The notes under the pieces: model-generated
What the model saw: only the letters and a program-made list of their open reading frames with translations
Told to the model about the DNA's origin: nothing
Database searches by the model: none
Assembly (NCBI GenBank): GCA_964016885.1
Contig: OZ024740.1
Span: 34,968,001-35,032,000, forward strand
Source of the DNA: Eledone cirrhosa
Lineage: Eukaryota
Direction of reading: 5' to 3'
DNA: 64,000 nucleotides
Shown: positions 15,001-30,000 of the stretch, piece by piece
How the letters are laid out: the number at the start of each line of letters is the position of its first letter
How positions within the stretch are numbered: position 1 is the first letter of the stretch
Translations under genes and position numbers: made by a program

Positions 15001-18000
15001 ATTAGTATATATTACTAAACCAAGTTATATTAGTATATATAGCTAAACTAAGTTATATTAGTATATACAACTAAACCAAGTTGTATTAGTATATGTAACT
15101 AAACCAAGTTGTATTAGTATATATAACTAAACCAAGTTATATTAGTATATACAACTAAACCAAGTTATATTAGTATATACAAGTAAACCAACATGTATTA
15201 GTATATACTACTAAACCACGTTGTATTAGTATATACAACTAAACCCAGTTATATTAGTATATACAAATAAACCAAGTTGTATTAGTATATATAACTAAAC
15301 CAAGTTGTATTAGTATATATAAGTAAACCAAGTTATATTAGTATATACAACTAAACCATGTTGTATGAGTATATGTAACTAAAGCAAGTTATATTAGTAT
15401 ATATAACTAAACCAAGTTGTATTAGTATATATACGTAAACCAAGTTATAATAGTGTATATAACTAAACCCAGTTATATTAGTATATATAGGTAAACCAAT
15501 TTGTAATAGTATATATAACTAAACCAAATTATATTAGTATATATAACTAAACCAAGTTGTATTAGTATATATTACTAAACCAAGTTGTATTAGTATATAT
15601 TACTAAACCAAGTTGTATTACCATATATAACTAAACCAAATTATATTAGTATATACAACTAAACCAATTTGTATTAGCATATATAACTAAACCAAGTCAT
15701 ATTAGTATATACAACTAAACCAAGTTGTATTAGTATATATAACTAAACCAAGTTGTATTAGTATATATAACTGAACCAAGTTGTATTAGTATATGTAACT
15801 AAACCAAGTTGTATTAGTATATATAACTAAACCAAGTTATATTAGTATATACAACTAAACCAAGTTATATTAGTATATACAAGTAAACCAACATGTATTA
15901 GTATATACAACTAAACCACGTTGTATTAGTATATACAACTAAACCAAGTTATATTAGTATATACAACTAAACCAAGTTGTATTAGTATATATAACTAAAC
16001 CAAGTTGTATTAGTATATATAAGTAAACCAAGTTATATTAGTATATACAACTAAACCATGTTGTATTAGTATATATAACTAAAGTAAGTTATATTAGTAT
16101 ATATAACTAAACCAAGTTGTATTAGTATATATAAATAAATCAAGTTGTATTAGTATATATAAATAAACCAAGTTATATCAGTATATATTACTAAACTAAG
16201 TTGTATTAGTATATATTACTAAACCAAGTTATATTAGTATATATAGCTAAACGAAGTTATATTAGTATATACAACTAAACCAAGTTGTATTAGTATATAT
16301 AACTGATCCAAGTTGAATTATTATACATAACTAAACCAAGCTGTATTAGTATATATAACTAAACCAAGTTGCATTAGTATACATAACTAAACCAAGTTAT
16401 ATCAGTATATATTACTAAACTAAGTTGTATTAGTATATATTACTAAACCAAGTTATATTAGTATATATAGCTAAACGAAGTTATATTAGTATATACAACT
16501 AAACCAAGTTGTATTAGTATATACAACTAAACGAAGTTGTATTAGTATATACAACTAAACCAAGTTATAACAGTATATATAAATAAACCAAGTTGTATTA
16601 GTATATATAAATAAACCAAGTTATATTAGTATACATAACTAAACCAAGTTGTATTAGTATATATAACTAAACCAAGTTGAATTATTATATATAACTAAAC
16701 CAAGCTGTATTAGTATATATAACTAAACCAAGTTGCATTAGAATACATAACTAAACCAAGTTATATTTGTATATATTACTAAACTAAGTTGTATTAGTAT
16801 ATATTACTAAACCAAGGTATATTAGTATATATAGCTAAACCAAGTTATATTAGTATATACAACTAAACTAAGTTATATTAGTATATACATCTAAACCAAG
16901 TTGTAATAGTATATACAACTAAACCAAGTTGTATTAGTATATACAACTTAACGAAGTTGTATTAGTATATACAACTAAACCAAGTTATATTAGTATATAT
17001 AACTAAACCAAGTTATATTAGTGTATATGACAAAACCCAGTTATATTAGTATATATAAGTAAACCAATTTGTATTAGTATATATAACTAAACCAAATTAT
17101 ATTAGTATATATAACTAAACCAAGTTGTATTAGTATATATTACTAAACCAAGTTGTATTAGTATCTACAACAAAACCAAGTTATATTAGTATATATAGCT
17201 AAACCAAGTTATATTAGTATATACAACTAAACCAAGTTGTATTAGTATATACAACTAAACCAAGTTTTATTAGTATATACAAGTAAAGCAAGTTGTATTA
17301 GTATATACAACTAAAGCAAGTTGTATTAGTATATATTACTAAACCATGTTGTATTAGTATATATTACTACACCAAGTTGAATTACCATATATAACTAAAC
17401 CAAATTATATTAGTATATACAACTAAACCAATTTGTATTAGCATATATAACTAAACCAAGTTGTATTAGTATATATAACTAAACCAAGTTGTTTTAGTCT
17501 ATATAACTAAACCAAGTTATATAAGTATATACAACTAAACCAAGTTGTATTAGTATATACAACTAAACGAAGTTGTATTAGTATATACAACTAAACCTAG
17601 TTATATTAGTATATATAAATTAACCAAGTTGTATTAGTATATATAAATAAACCAAGTTATATTAGTATACATAACTAAACCAAGTTGTATTAGTATATAT
17701 AACTAATCCAAGTTGAATTATTATATATAACTAAACCAAGCTGTATTAGTATATATAACTAAACCAAGTATATATAACTAAACCAAGTATATATAACTAA
17801 ACCAAGTTATACATAACTAAACCAAGATATATTAGTATATATTACTAAACTTGGTATATACAACTTAGTATATACAACTAAACCATGTTGTATTAGTATA
17901 TATAACTAAAGTAAGTTATATTAGTATATATAACTAAACCAAGTTGTATTAGTATATATAAGTAAACCAAGTTATAATAGTGTATATAACTAAACCCAGT

Positions 18001-21000
18001 TATATTAGTATATATAAGTTGTATTAGTATATGTTGTATTAGTATATACAACTTAGTATATACAACTAAACCATGTTGTATTAGTATATATAACTAAAGT
18101 AAGTTATATTAGTATATATAACTAAACCAAGTTGTATTAGTATATATAAGTAAACCAACTTATAATAGTGTATATAACTAAACCCAGTTATATTAGTATA
18201 TATAAGTAAACCAATTTGTATTAGTATATATAACTAAACCAAATTATATTAGTATATATCACTAAACCAAGATATATTAGTATATATTACTAAACTAAGT
18301 TGTATTAGTATATATTACTAAACCAAGTTATATTAGTATATATAGCTAAACCAAGTTATATTAGTATATACAACTAAACCAAGTTGTATTAGTATATGTA
18401 ACTAAACCAAGTTGTATTAGTATATATAACTAAACCAAGTTATATTAGTATATACAACTAAACAAAGTTATATTAGTATATACAAGTAAACCAACATGTA
18501 TTAGTATATACAACTAAACCACGTTGTATTAGTATATACAACTAAACCAAGTTATATTAGTATATATAACTAAACCAAGTTGTATTAGTATATATTACTA
18601 AACCAAGTTGTATTAGTCTATATATCTAAACCAAGTTATATTAGTATATACAACTAAACCAAGTTGTATTAGTATATACAACTAAACGAAGTTGTATTAG
18701 TATATACAACTAAACCAAGTTATATTAGTATATATAAATAAACCAAGTTGTATTAGTATATATAAATAAACAAAGTTATATTAGTATACATAACTAAACC
18801 AAGTTGTATTAGTATATATAACTAATCCAAGTTGAATTATTATATATAACTAAACCAAGCTGTATTAGTATATATAACTAAACCAAGTTGCATTAGTATA
18901 CATAACTAAACCAAGTTATATTAGTATATATTACTAAACTAAGTTGTATTAGTATATATTACTAAACCAAGTTATATTAGTATATATAGCTAAACCAAGT
19001 TATATTAGTATATACAACTAAACCAAGTTATATTAGTATATACAACTAAACCAAGTTATATTAGTATATACAAGTAAACCAACATGTATTAGTATATACA
19101 ACTAAACCACGTTGTATTAGTATATACAACTAAACCAAGTTATATTAGTATATACAAATAAACCAAGTTGTATTAGTATATATAACTAAACCAAGTTGTA
19201 TTAGTATATATAAGTAAACCAAGTTATATTAGTATATACAACTAAACCATGTTGTATGAGTATATATAACTAAAGCAAGTTATATTAGTATATATAACTA
19301 AACCAAGTTGTATTAGTATATATACGTAAAGCAAGTTATAATAGTGTATATAACTAAACCCAGTTATATTAGTATATATAGGTAAACCAATTTGTATTAG
19401 TATATATAACTAAACCAAATTATATTAGTATATATAACTAAACCAAGTTGTATTAGTATATATTACTAAACCAAGTTGTATTAGTATATATTACTAAACC
19501 AAGTTGTATTACCATATATAACTAAACCAAATTATATTAGTATATACAACTAAACCAATTTGTATTAGCATATATAACTAAACCAAGTCATATTAGTATA
19601 TACAACTAAACCAAGTAGTATTAGTATATATAACTAAACCAAGTTGTATTAGTATATATAACTGAACCAAGTTGTATTAGTATATGTAACTAAACCAAGT
19701 TGTATTAGTATATATAACTAAACCAAGTTATATTAGTATATACAACTAAACCAAGTTATATTAGTATATACAAGTAAACCAACATGTATTAGTATATACA
19801 ACTAAACCACGTTGTATTAGTATATACAACTAAACCAAGTTATATTAGTATATACAACTAAACCAAGTTGTATTAGTATATATAACTAAACCAAGTTGTA
19901 TTAGTATATATAAGTAAACCAAGTTATATTAGTATATACAACTAAACCATGTTGTATTAGTATATATAACTAAAGTAAGTTATATTAGTATATATAACTA
20001 AACCAAGTTGTATTAGTATATATAAGTAAACCAAGTTATAATAGTGTATATAACTAAACCCAGTTATATTAGTATATATAAGTAAACCAATTTGTATTAG
20101 TATATATAACTAAACCAAATTATGTTAGTATATATCACTAAACCAAGTTGTATTAGTATATATTACTAAACCAATTTGTATTAGTATCTACAACTAAACC
20201 AAGTTATATTAGTATATATAGCTAAACCAAGTTATATTAGTATATACAACTAAGCCAAGTTGTATTAGTATATACAACTTAACGAAGTTGTATTACTATA
20301 TACAACTAAACCAAGTTATATTAGTATATATAGCTAAACCAAGTTATATTAGTATATACAACTAAACCAACATGTATTAGTATATACAACTAAACCAAGT
20401 TGTATTAGTATATTGAAATAAACGAAGTTGTATTAGTATATACAACTAAACCAAATTATATTAGTATATATAAATAAACCAAGTTGTATTAGTATATATT
20501 ACTAAACCAAGTTGTATTAGTATATATTACTAAACCAAGTTGTATTAGTATATATAACTAAACCATGTTGTATTAGTATATATAACTGAACCAAGTTGTA
20601 TTAGTATATATAACTAAACCAAGTTGTATTAGTATATATAACTAAACCAAGTTATATTAGCATATACAACTAAACCAAGTTGTATTAGTATATACAACTA
20701 AACGAAGTTGTATTAGTATATACAACTAAACCAAGTTATATTAGTATATATAAATAAACCAAGTTGTATTAGTATATATAAATAAACCAAGTTATATTAG
20801 TATACATAACTAAACCAAGTTGTATTAGTATATATAACTAATCCAAGTTGAATTATTATATATAACTAAACCAAGCTGTATTAGTATATATAACTAAACC
20901 AAGTTGCATTAGTATACATAACTAAACCAAGTTATATTAGTATATATTACTAAACTAAGTTGTATTTGTATATATTACTAAACCAAGTTATATTAGTATA

Positions 21001-24000
21001 TATAGCTAAACCAAATTATATTAGTATATACAACTAAACCAAGTTGTATTAGTATATACAACTAAACCAAGTCGTATTGGTATATACAACTTAACGAAGT
21101 GGTATTAGTATATACAACTAAACCAAGTTATATTAGTATATATTACTAAACTAAGTTGTATTAGTATATATTACTAAACCAAGGTATATTAGTATATATA
21201 GCTAAACCAAGTTATATTAGTATATACAACTAAACCAAGTTATATTAGTATATACATCTAAACCAAGTTGTATTAGTATATACAACTAAACCAAGTTATA
21301 TTAGTATATATAACTAAACCAAGTTATATTAGTGTATATGACAAAACCCAGTTATATTAGTATATATAAGTAAACCAATTTGTATTAGTATATATAACTA
21401 AACCAAATTATATTAGTATATATAACTAAACCAAGTTGTATTAGTATATATTACTAAACCAATTTGTATTAGTATCTACAACTAAACCAAGTTATATTAG
21501 TATATATAGCTAAACCAAGTTATATTAGTATATACAACTAAACCAAGTTGTATTAGTATATACAACTAAACCAAGTTGTATTAGTATATACAAGTAAAGC
21601 AAGTTGTATTAGTATATACAACTAAAGCAAGTTGTATTAGTATATATTACTAAACCAAGTTGTATTAGTATATATTACTAAACCAAGTTGAATTACCATA
21701 TATAACTAAACCAAATTATATTAGTATATACAACTAAACCAATTTGTATTAGCATATATAACTAAACCAAGTCATATTAGTGTATAGGACTAAACCCAGT
21801 TATATTAGTATATATAAGTAAACCAATTTGTATCAGTATATATAACTAAACCAAATTATATTAGTATATATAACTAAACCAAGTTGTATTAGTATATATT
21901 ACTAAACCAAGTTGTATTAGTATCTACAACTAAACCAAGTTATATTAGTATATATAGCTAAACCAAATTATATTAGTATATACAACTAAACCACGTTGTA
22001 TTAGTATGTACAACTAAACCAAGTGATATTAGTATATGCGACTAAACCAAGTTGTATTAGTAAATACAACTAAACCAAGTTATATTAGTATATATATATA
22101 AACTAAGTTGTATTAGTATATATAAATAAACCAAGTTATATTAGTATACATAACTAAACCAAGTTGTATTAGTATATATAACTAAACCAATTTGAATTAT
22201 TATATATAACTAAACCAAGCTGTATTAGTATATATAACTAAACCAAGTTGCATTAGAATACATAACTAAACCAAGTTATATTAGTATATATTACTAAACT
22301 AAGTTGTATTAGTATATATTACTAAACCAAGGTATATTAGTATATATAGCTAAACCAAGTTATATTAGTATATACAACTAAACCAAGTTATATTAGTATA
22401 TACATCTAAACCAAGTTGTATTAGTATATACAACTAAACCAAGTTATATTAGTATATATAACTAAACCAAGTTATATTAGTGTATATGACAAAACGCAGT
22501 TATATTAGTATATATAAGTAAACCAATTTATATTAGTATATATAACTAAACCAAATTATATTAGTATATATAAGTAAACCAATTTGTATTAGTATATATA
22601 ACTAAACCAAATTATATTAGTATATATAACTAAACCAAGTTGTATTAGTATATATAACTAAACCAAGTTGAATTATTATATATAACTAAACCAAGCTGTA
22701 TTAGTATATATAACTAAACCAAGTTGCATTAGAATACATAACTAAACCAAGTTATATTAGTATATATTACTAAACTAAGTTGTATTAGTATATATTACTA
22801 AACCAAGGTATATATAGCTAAACCAAGTTATATTAGTATATACAACTAAACCAAGTTATATTAGTATATACATCTAAACCAAGTTGTATTAGTATATACA
22901 ACTAAACCAAGTTATATTAGTATATATAACTAAACCAAGTTATATTAGTGTATATGACAAAACCCAGTTATATTAGTATATATAAGTAAACCAATTTGTA
23001 TTTGTATATATAACTAAACCAAATTATATTAGTATATATAACTAAACCAAGTTGTATTAGTATATATTACTAAACCAATTTGCATTAGTATCTACAACTA
23101 AACCAAGTTATATTAGTATATATAGCTAAACCAAGTTATATTAGTATATACAACTAAACCAAGTTGTATTAGTATATACAACTAAACCAAGTTGTATTAG
23201 TATATACAAGTAAAGCAAGTTGTATTAGTATATACAACTAAAGCAAGTTGTATTAGTATATATTACTAAACCAAGTTGTATTAGTATATATTACTAAACC
23301 AAGTTGAATTACCATATATAACTAAACCAAATTATATTAGTATATACAAATACACCAATTTGTATTAGCATATATAACTAAACCAAGTCATATTAGTGTA
23401 TAGGACTAAACCCAGTTATATTAGTATATATAAGTAAACCAATTTGTATCAGTATATATAACTAAACCAAATTATATTAGTATATATAACTAAACCAAGT
23501 TATATTAGTGTATAGGACTAAACCCAGTTATATTAGTATATATAAGTAAATCAATTTGTATCAGTATATATAACTAAACCAAATTATATTAGTATATATA
23601 ACTAAACCAAGTTGTATTAGTATATATTACTAAACCAAGTTGTATTAGTATCTACAACTAAACCAAGTTATATTAGTATATATAGCTAAACCAAATTATA
23701 TTAGTATATACAACTAAACCACGTTGTATTAGTATGTACAACTAAACCAAGTAATATTAGTATATACAACTAAACCAAGTTGTATTAGTATATACAACTA
23801 AACCAAGTTATATTAGTATATATAACTAAACCAAGTTGTATTAGTATATATAAATAAACCAAGTTATATTAGTATACATAACTAAACCAAGTTATATTAG
23901 TATATATAACTAAACCAAGTTGAATTATTATATATAACTAAACCAAGCTGTATTAGTATATATAACTAAACCAAGTTGCATTAGAATACATAACTAAACC

Positions 24001-27000
24001 AAGTTATATTAGCCATGATTTCCAGCATAGTTACGTCCCTTTACGATCTGAGTTCAAATCCCGCCGAGGTTGACTTTGCCTTTCATCCTTACGGGGTCGA
24101 TAAAATAAAGTACCAGTAATGCACTGGATAATTGCTGGCCTTGTGCCTAAAGTAGAAACAGTTATATTAGTATATATTACTAAACTAAGTTGTATTAGTA
24201 TATATTACTAAACCAAGGTATATTAGTATATATAGCTAAACAAAGTTATATTAGTATATACAACTAAACCAAGTTATATTAGTATATACATCTAAACCAA
24301 GTTGTATTAGTATATAGAACTAAACCAATTTATATTAGTATATATAACTAAACCAAGTTATATTAGTGTATATGACAAAACCCAGTTATATTAGTATATA
24401 TAAGTAAACCAATTTGTATTAGTATATATAACTAAAACAAATTATATTAGTATATATAACTAAACCAAGTTGTATTAGTATATATTACTAAACCAATTTG
24501 TATTAGTATCTACAACTAAACCAAGTTATATTAGTATATATAGCTAAACCAAGTTATATTAGTATATACAACTAAACCAAGTTGTATTAGTATATACAAG
24601 TAAAGCAAGTTGTATTAGTATATACAACTAAAGCAAGTTGTATTAGTATATATTACTAAACCAAGTTGTATTAGTATATATTACTAAACCAAGTTGAATT
24701 ACCATATATAACTAAACCAAATTATATTAGTATATACAACTAAACCAATTTGTATTAGCATATATAACTAAACCAAGTCATATTAGTATATACACCTATA
24801 CCAAGTTGTATTAGTATATATAACTAAACCAAGTTGTATTAGTATATATAACTAAACCAAGTTGTATTAGTATATATAACTAAACCAAGTAATATTAGTA
24901 TATACAACTAAACCAAGTTGTATTAGTATATACAACTAAACGAAGTTGTATTAGTATATACAACTAAACCAAGTTATATTAGTATATATAAATAAACCAA
25001 GTTGTATTAGTATATATAACTAAACCAAGTTGTATTAGTATATATAACTAAACCAAGTTATATTAGTATATACAACTAAACCAAGTTGTATTAGTATATA
25101 CAACTTAATGAAGTTGTATTACTATATACAACTAAACCAAGTTATATTAGTATATATAGCTAAACCAAGTTATATTAGTATATACAACTAAACCAACATG
25201 TATTAGTATATACAACTAAACCAAGTTGTATTAGTATATATAACTAAACCAAGTTGTATTAGTATATATAACTAAACCAAGTTGTATTAGTATATATAAC
25301 TAAACAAAGTTATATTAGTATATACAACTAAACCAAGTTGTGTTAGTATATACAACTAAACCAAGTTGTATTACTATATACAACTAAACCAAGTTATATT
25401 AGTATACATAACTAAACCAAGTTGTATTAGTATATATAACTAATCCAAGCTGAATTATTATATATAACTAAACCAAGCTGTATTAGTATATATAACTAAA
25501 CCAAGTTGCATTAGTATACATAACTAAACCAAGTTATATTAGTATATATTACTAAACTAAGTTGTATTAGTATATATTACTAAACCAAGTTATATTAGTA
25601 TATATAGCTAAACCAAGTTATATTAGTATATACAACTAAACCAAGTTGTATTAGTATATGTAACTAAACCAAGTTGTATTAGTATATATAACTAAACCAA
25701 GTTATATTAGTATATACAACTAAACCAAGGTATATTAGTATATACAAGTAAACCAACATGTATTAGTATATACAACTAAACCAAGTTATATTAGTATATA
25801 CAACTAAACCAAGTTGTATTAGTATATATAACTAAACCAAGTTGTATTAGTATATATAAGTAAACCAAGTTATATTAGTATATACAACTAAACCATGTTG
25901 TATTAGTATATATAACTAAAGCAAGTTATATTAGTATATATAACTAAACCAAGTTGTATTAGTATATATAAGTAAACCAAGTTATAATAGTGTATATAAC
26001 TAAACCCAGTTATATTAGTATATATAAGTAAACCAATTTGTATTAGTATATATAACTAAACCAAATTATATTAGTATATATAACTAAACCAAGTTGTATT
26101 AGTATATATTACTAAACCAAGTTGTATTAGTATCTACAACTAAACCAAGTTATATTAGTATATATAGCTAAACCAAGTTATATTAGTATATACAACTAAA
26201 CCAAGTTGTATTAGTATATACAACTAAACCAAGTTGTATTAGTATATACAACTTAATGAAGTTGTATTACTATATACAACTAAACCAAGTTATATTAGTA
26301 TATATAGCTAAACCAAGTTATATTAGTATATACAACTAAACCAACATGTATTAGTATATACAACTAAACCAAGTTGTATTAGTATATTGAAATAAACGAA
26401 GTTGTATTAGTATATACAACTAAACCAAGTTATATTAGTGTATATAACTAAACCCTGTTGCATTAGTTTATATAAGTAAACCAATTTGTATTAGTATATA
26501 TAACTAAACCAAATTATATTAGTATATATAACTAAACCAAGTTGTATTAGCATATATTACTAAACCAAGTTGTATTAGTATATATTACTAAACCAAGTTG
26601 TATTACCATATATAACTAAACCAAATTATATTAGTATATACAACTAAACCAATTTGTATTTGCATATATAACTAAACCAAGTCATATTAGTATATACAAC
26701 TAAACCAAGTTGTATTAGTATATATAACTAAACCATGTTGTATTAGTATATATAACTGAACCAAGTTGTATTAGTATATATAACTAAACCAAGTTGTATT
26801 AGTATATATAACTAAACCAAGTTATATTAGTATATACAACTAAACCAAGTTGTATTAGTATATACAACTAAACGAAGTTGTATTAGTATATACAACTAAA
26901 CCAAGTTATATTAGTATATATAAATAAACCAAGTTGTATTAGTATATATATATAAACCAAGTTATATTAGTATACATAACTAAACCAAGTTGTATTAGTA

Positions 27001-30000
27001 TATATAACTAATCCAAGTTGAATTATTATATATAACTAAACCAAGCTGTATTAGTATATATAACTAAACCAAGTTGCATTAGTATACATAACTAAACCAA
27101 GTTATATTAGTATATATTACTAAACTAAGTTGTATTAGTATATATTACTAAACCAAGTTATATTAGTATATATAGCTAAACCAAGTTATATTAGTATATA
27201 CAACTAAACCAAGTTGTATTAGTATATGTAACTAAACCAAGTTGTATTAGTATATATAACTAAACCAAGTTATATTAGTATATACAACTAAACCAAGTTA
27301 TATTAGTATATACAAGTAAACCAACATGTATTAGTATATACAACTAAACCACCTTGTATTAGTATATACAACTAAACCAAGTTATATTAGTATATACAAC
27401 GAAACCAAGTTGTATTAGTATATATAACTAAACCAAGTTGTATTAGTATATATAAGTAAACCAAGTTATATTAGTATATACAACTAAACCATGTTGTATT
27501 AGTATATATAACTAAAGCAAGTTATATTAGTATATATAACTAAACCAAGTTGTATTAGTATATATAAGTAAACTAAGTTATAATAGTGTATATAACTAAA
27601 CCCAGTTATATAAGTATATATAAGTAAACCAATTTGTATTAGTATATATAACTAAACCAAATTATATTAGTATATATAACAAAACCAAGTTGTATTAGTA
27701 TATATTACTAAACCAAGTTGTATTAGTATCTACAACTAAACCAAGTTATATTAGTATATATAGCTAAACCAAGTTATATTAGTATATACAACTAAACCAA
27801 GTTGTATTAGTATATACAACTAAACCAAGTTGTATTAGTATATACAACTTAATGAAGTTGTATTACTATATACAACTAAACCAAGTTATATTAGTATATA
27901 TAGCTAAACCAAGTTATATTAGTATATACAACTAAACCAACATGTATTAGTATATACAACTAAACCAAGTTGTATTAGTATATATAACTAAACCAAGTTG
28001 TATTAGTATATATAACTAAACCAAGTTGTATTAGTATATATAACTAAACCAAGTTATATTAGTATATACAACTAAACCAAGTTGTGTTAGTATATACAAC
28101 TAAACCAAGTTGTATTAGTATATACAACTAAACCAAGTTATATTAGTATACATAACTAAACCAAGTTGTATTAGTATATATAACTAATCCAAGCTGAACT
28201 ATTATATATAGCTAAACCAAGCTGTATTAGTATATATAACTAAACCAAGTTGCATTAGTATACATAACTAAACCAAGTTATATTAGTATATATTACTAAA
28301 CTAAGTTGTATTAGTATATATTACTAAACCAAGTTATATTAGTATATATAGCTAAACCAAGTTATATTAGTATATACAACTAAACCAAGTTGTATTAGTA
28401 TATGTAACTAAACCAAGTTGTATTAGTATATATAACTAAACCAAGTTATATTAGTATATACAACTAAACCAAGTTATATTAGTATATACAAGTAAACCAA
28501 CATGTATTAGTATATACAACTAAACCACGTTGTATTAGTATATACAACTAAACCAAGTTATATTAGTATATACAACTAAACCAAGTTGTATTAGTATATA
28601 TAACTAAACCAAGTTGTATTAGTATATATAAGTAAACCAAGTTATATTAGTATATACAACTAAACCATGTTGTATTAGTATATATAACTAAAGCAAGTTA
28701 TATTAGTATATATAACTAAACCAAGTTGTATTAGTATATATAAGTAAACCAAGTTATAATAGTGTATATAACTACACCCAGTTATATTAGTATATATAAG
28801 TAAACCAATTTGTATTAGTATATATAACTAAACCAAATTATATTAGTATATATAACTAAACCAAGTTGTATTAGTATATATTACTTAACCAAGTTGTATT
28901 AGTATCTACAACTAAACCAAGTTATATTAGTATATATAGCTAAACCAAGTTATATTAGTATATACAACTAAACCAAGTTGTATTAGTATATACAACTAAA
29001 CCAAGTTGTATTAGTATATACAACTTAATGAAGTTGTATTACTATATACAACTAAACCAAGTTATATTAATATATATAGCTAAACCAAGTTATATTAGTA
29101 TATACAACTAAACCAACATGTATTAGTATATACAACTAAACCAAGTTGTATTAGTATATTGAAATAAACGAAGTTGTATTAGTATATACAACTAAACCAA
29201 GTTATATTAGTGTATATAACTAAACCCTGTTGCATTAGTTTATATAAGTAAACCAATTTGTATTAGTATATATAACTAAACCAAATTATATTAGTATATA
29301 TAACTAAACCAAGTTGTATTAGCATATATTACTAAACCAAGTTGTATTAGTATATATTACTAAACCAAGTTGTATTACCATATATAACTAAACCAAATTA
29401 TATTAGTATATACAACTAAACCAATTTGTATTTGCATATATAACTAAACCAAGTCATATTAGTATATACAACTAAACCAAGTTGTATTAGTATATATAAC
29501 TAAACCATGTTGTATTAGTATATATAACTGAACCAAGTTGTATTAGTATATATAACTAAACCAAGTTGTATTAGTATATATAACTAAACCAAGTTATATT
29601 AGTATATACAACTAAACCAAGTTGTATTAGTATATACAACTAAACGAAGTTGTATTAGTATATACAACTAAACCAAGTTATATTAGTATATATAAATAAA
29701 CCAAGTTGTATTAGTATATATATATAAACCAAGTTATATTAGTATACATAACTAAACCAAGTTGTATTAGTATATATAACTAATCCAAGTTGAATTATTA
29801 TATATAACTAAACCAAGCTGTATTAGTATATATAACTAAACCAAGTTGCATTAGTATACATAACTAAACCAAGTTATATTAGTATATATTACTAAACTAA
29901 GTTGTATTAGTATATATTACTAAACCAAGTTATATTATTATATATAGCTAAACCAAGTTATATTAGTATATACAACTAAACCAAGTTGTATTAGTATATG

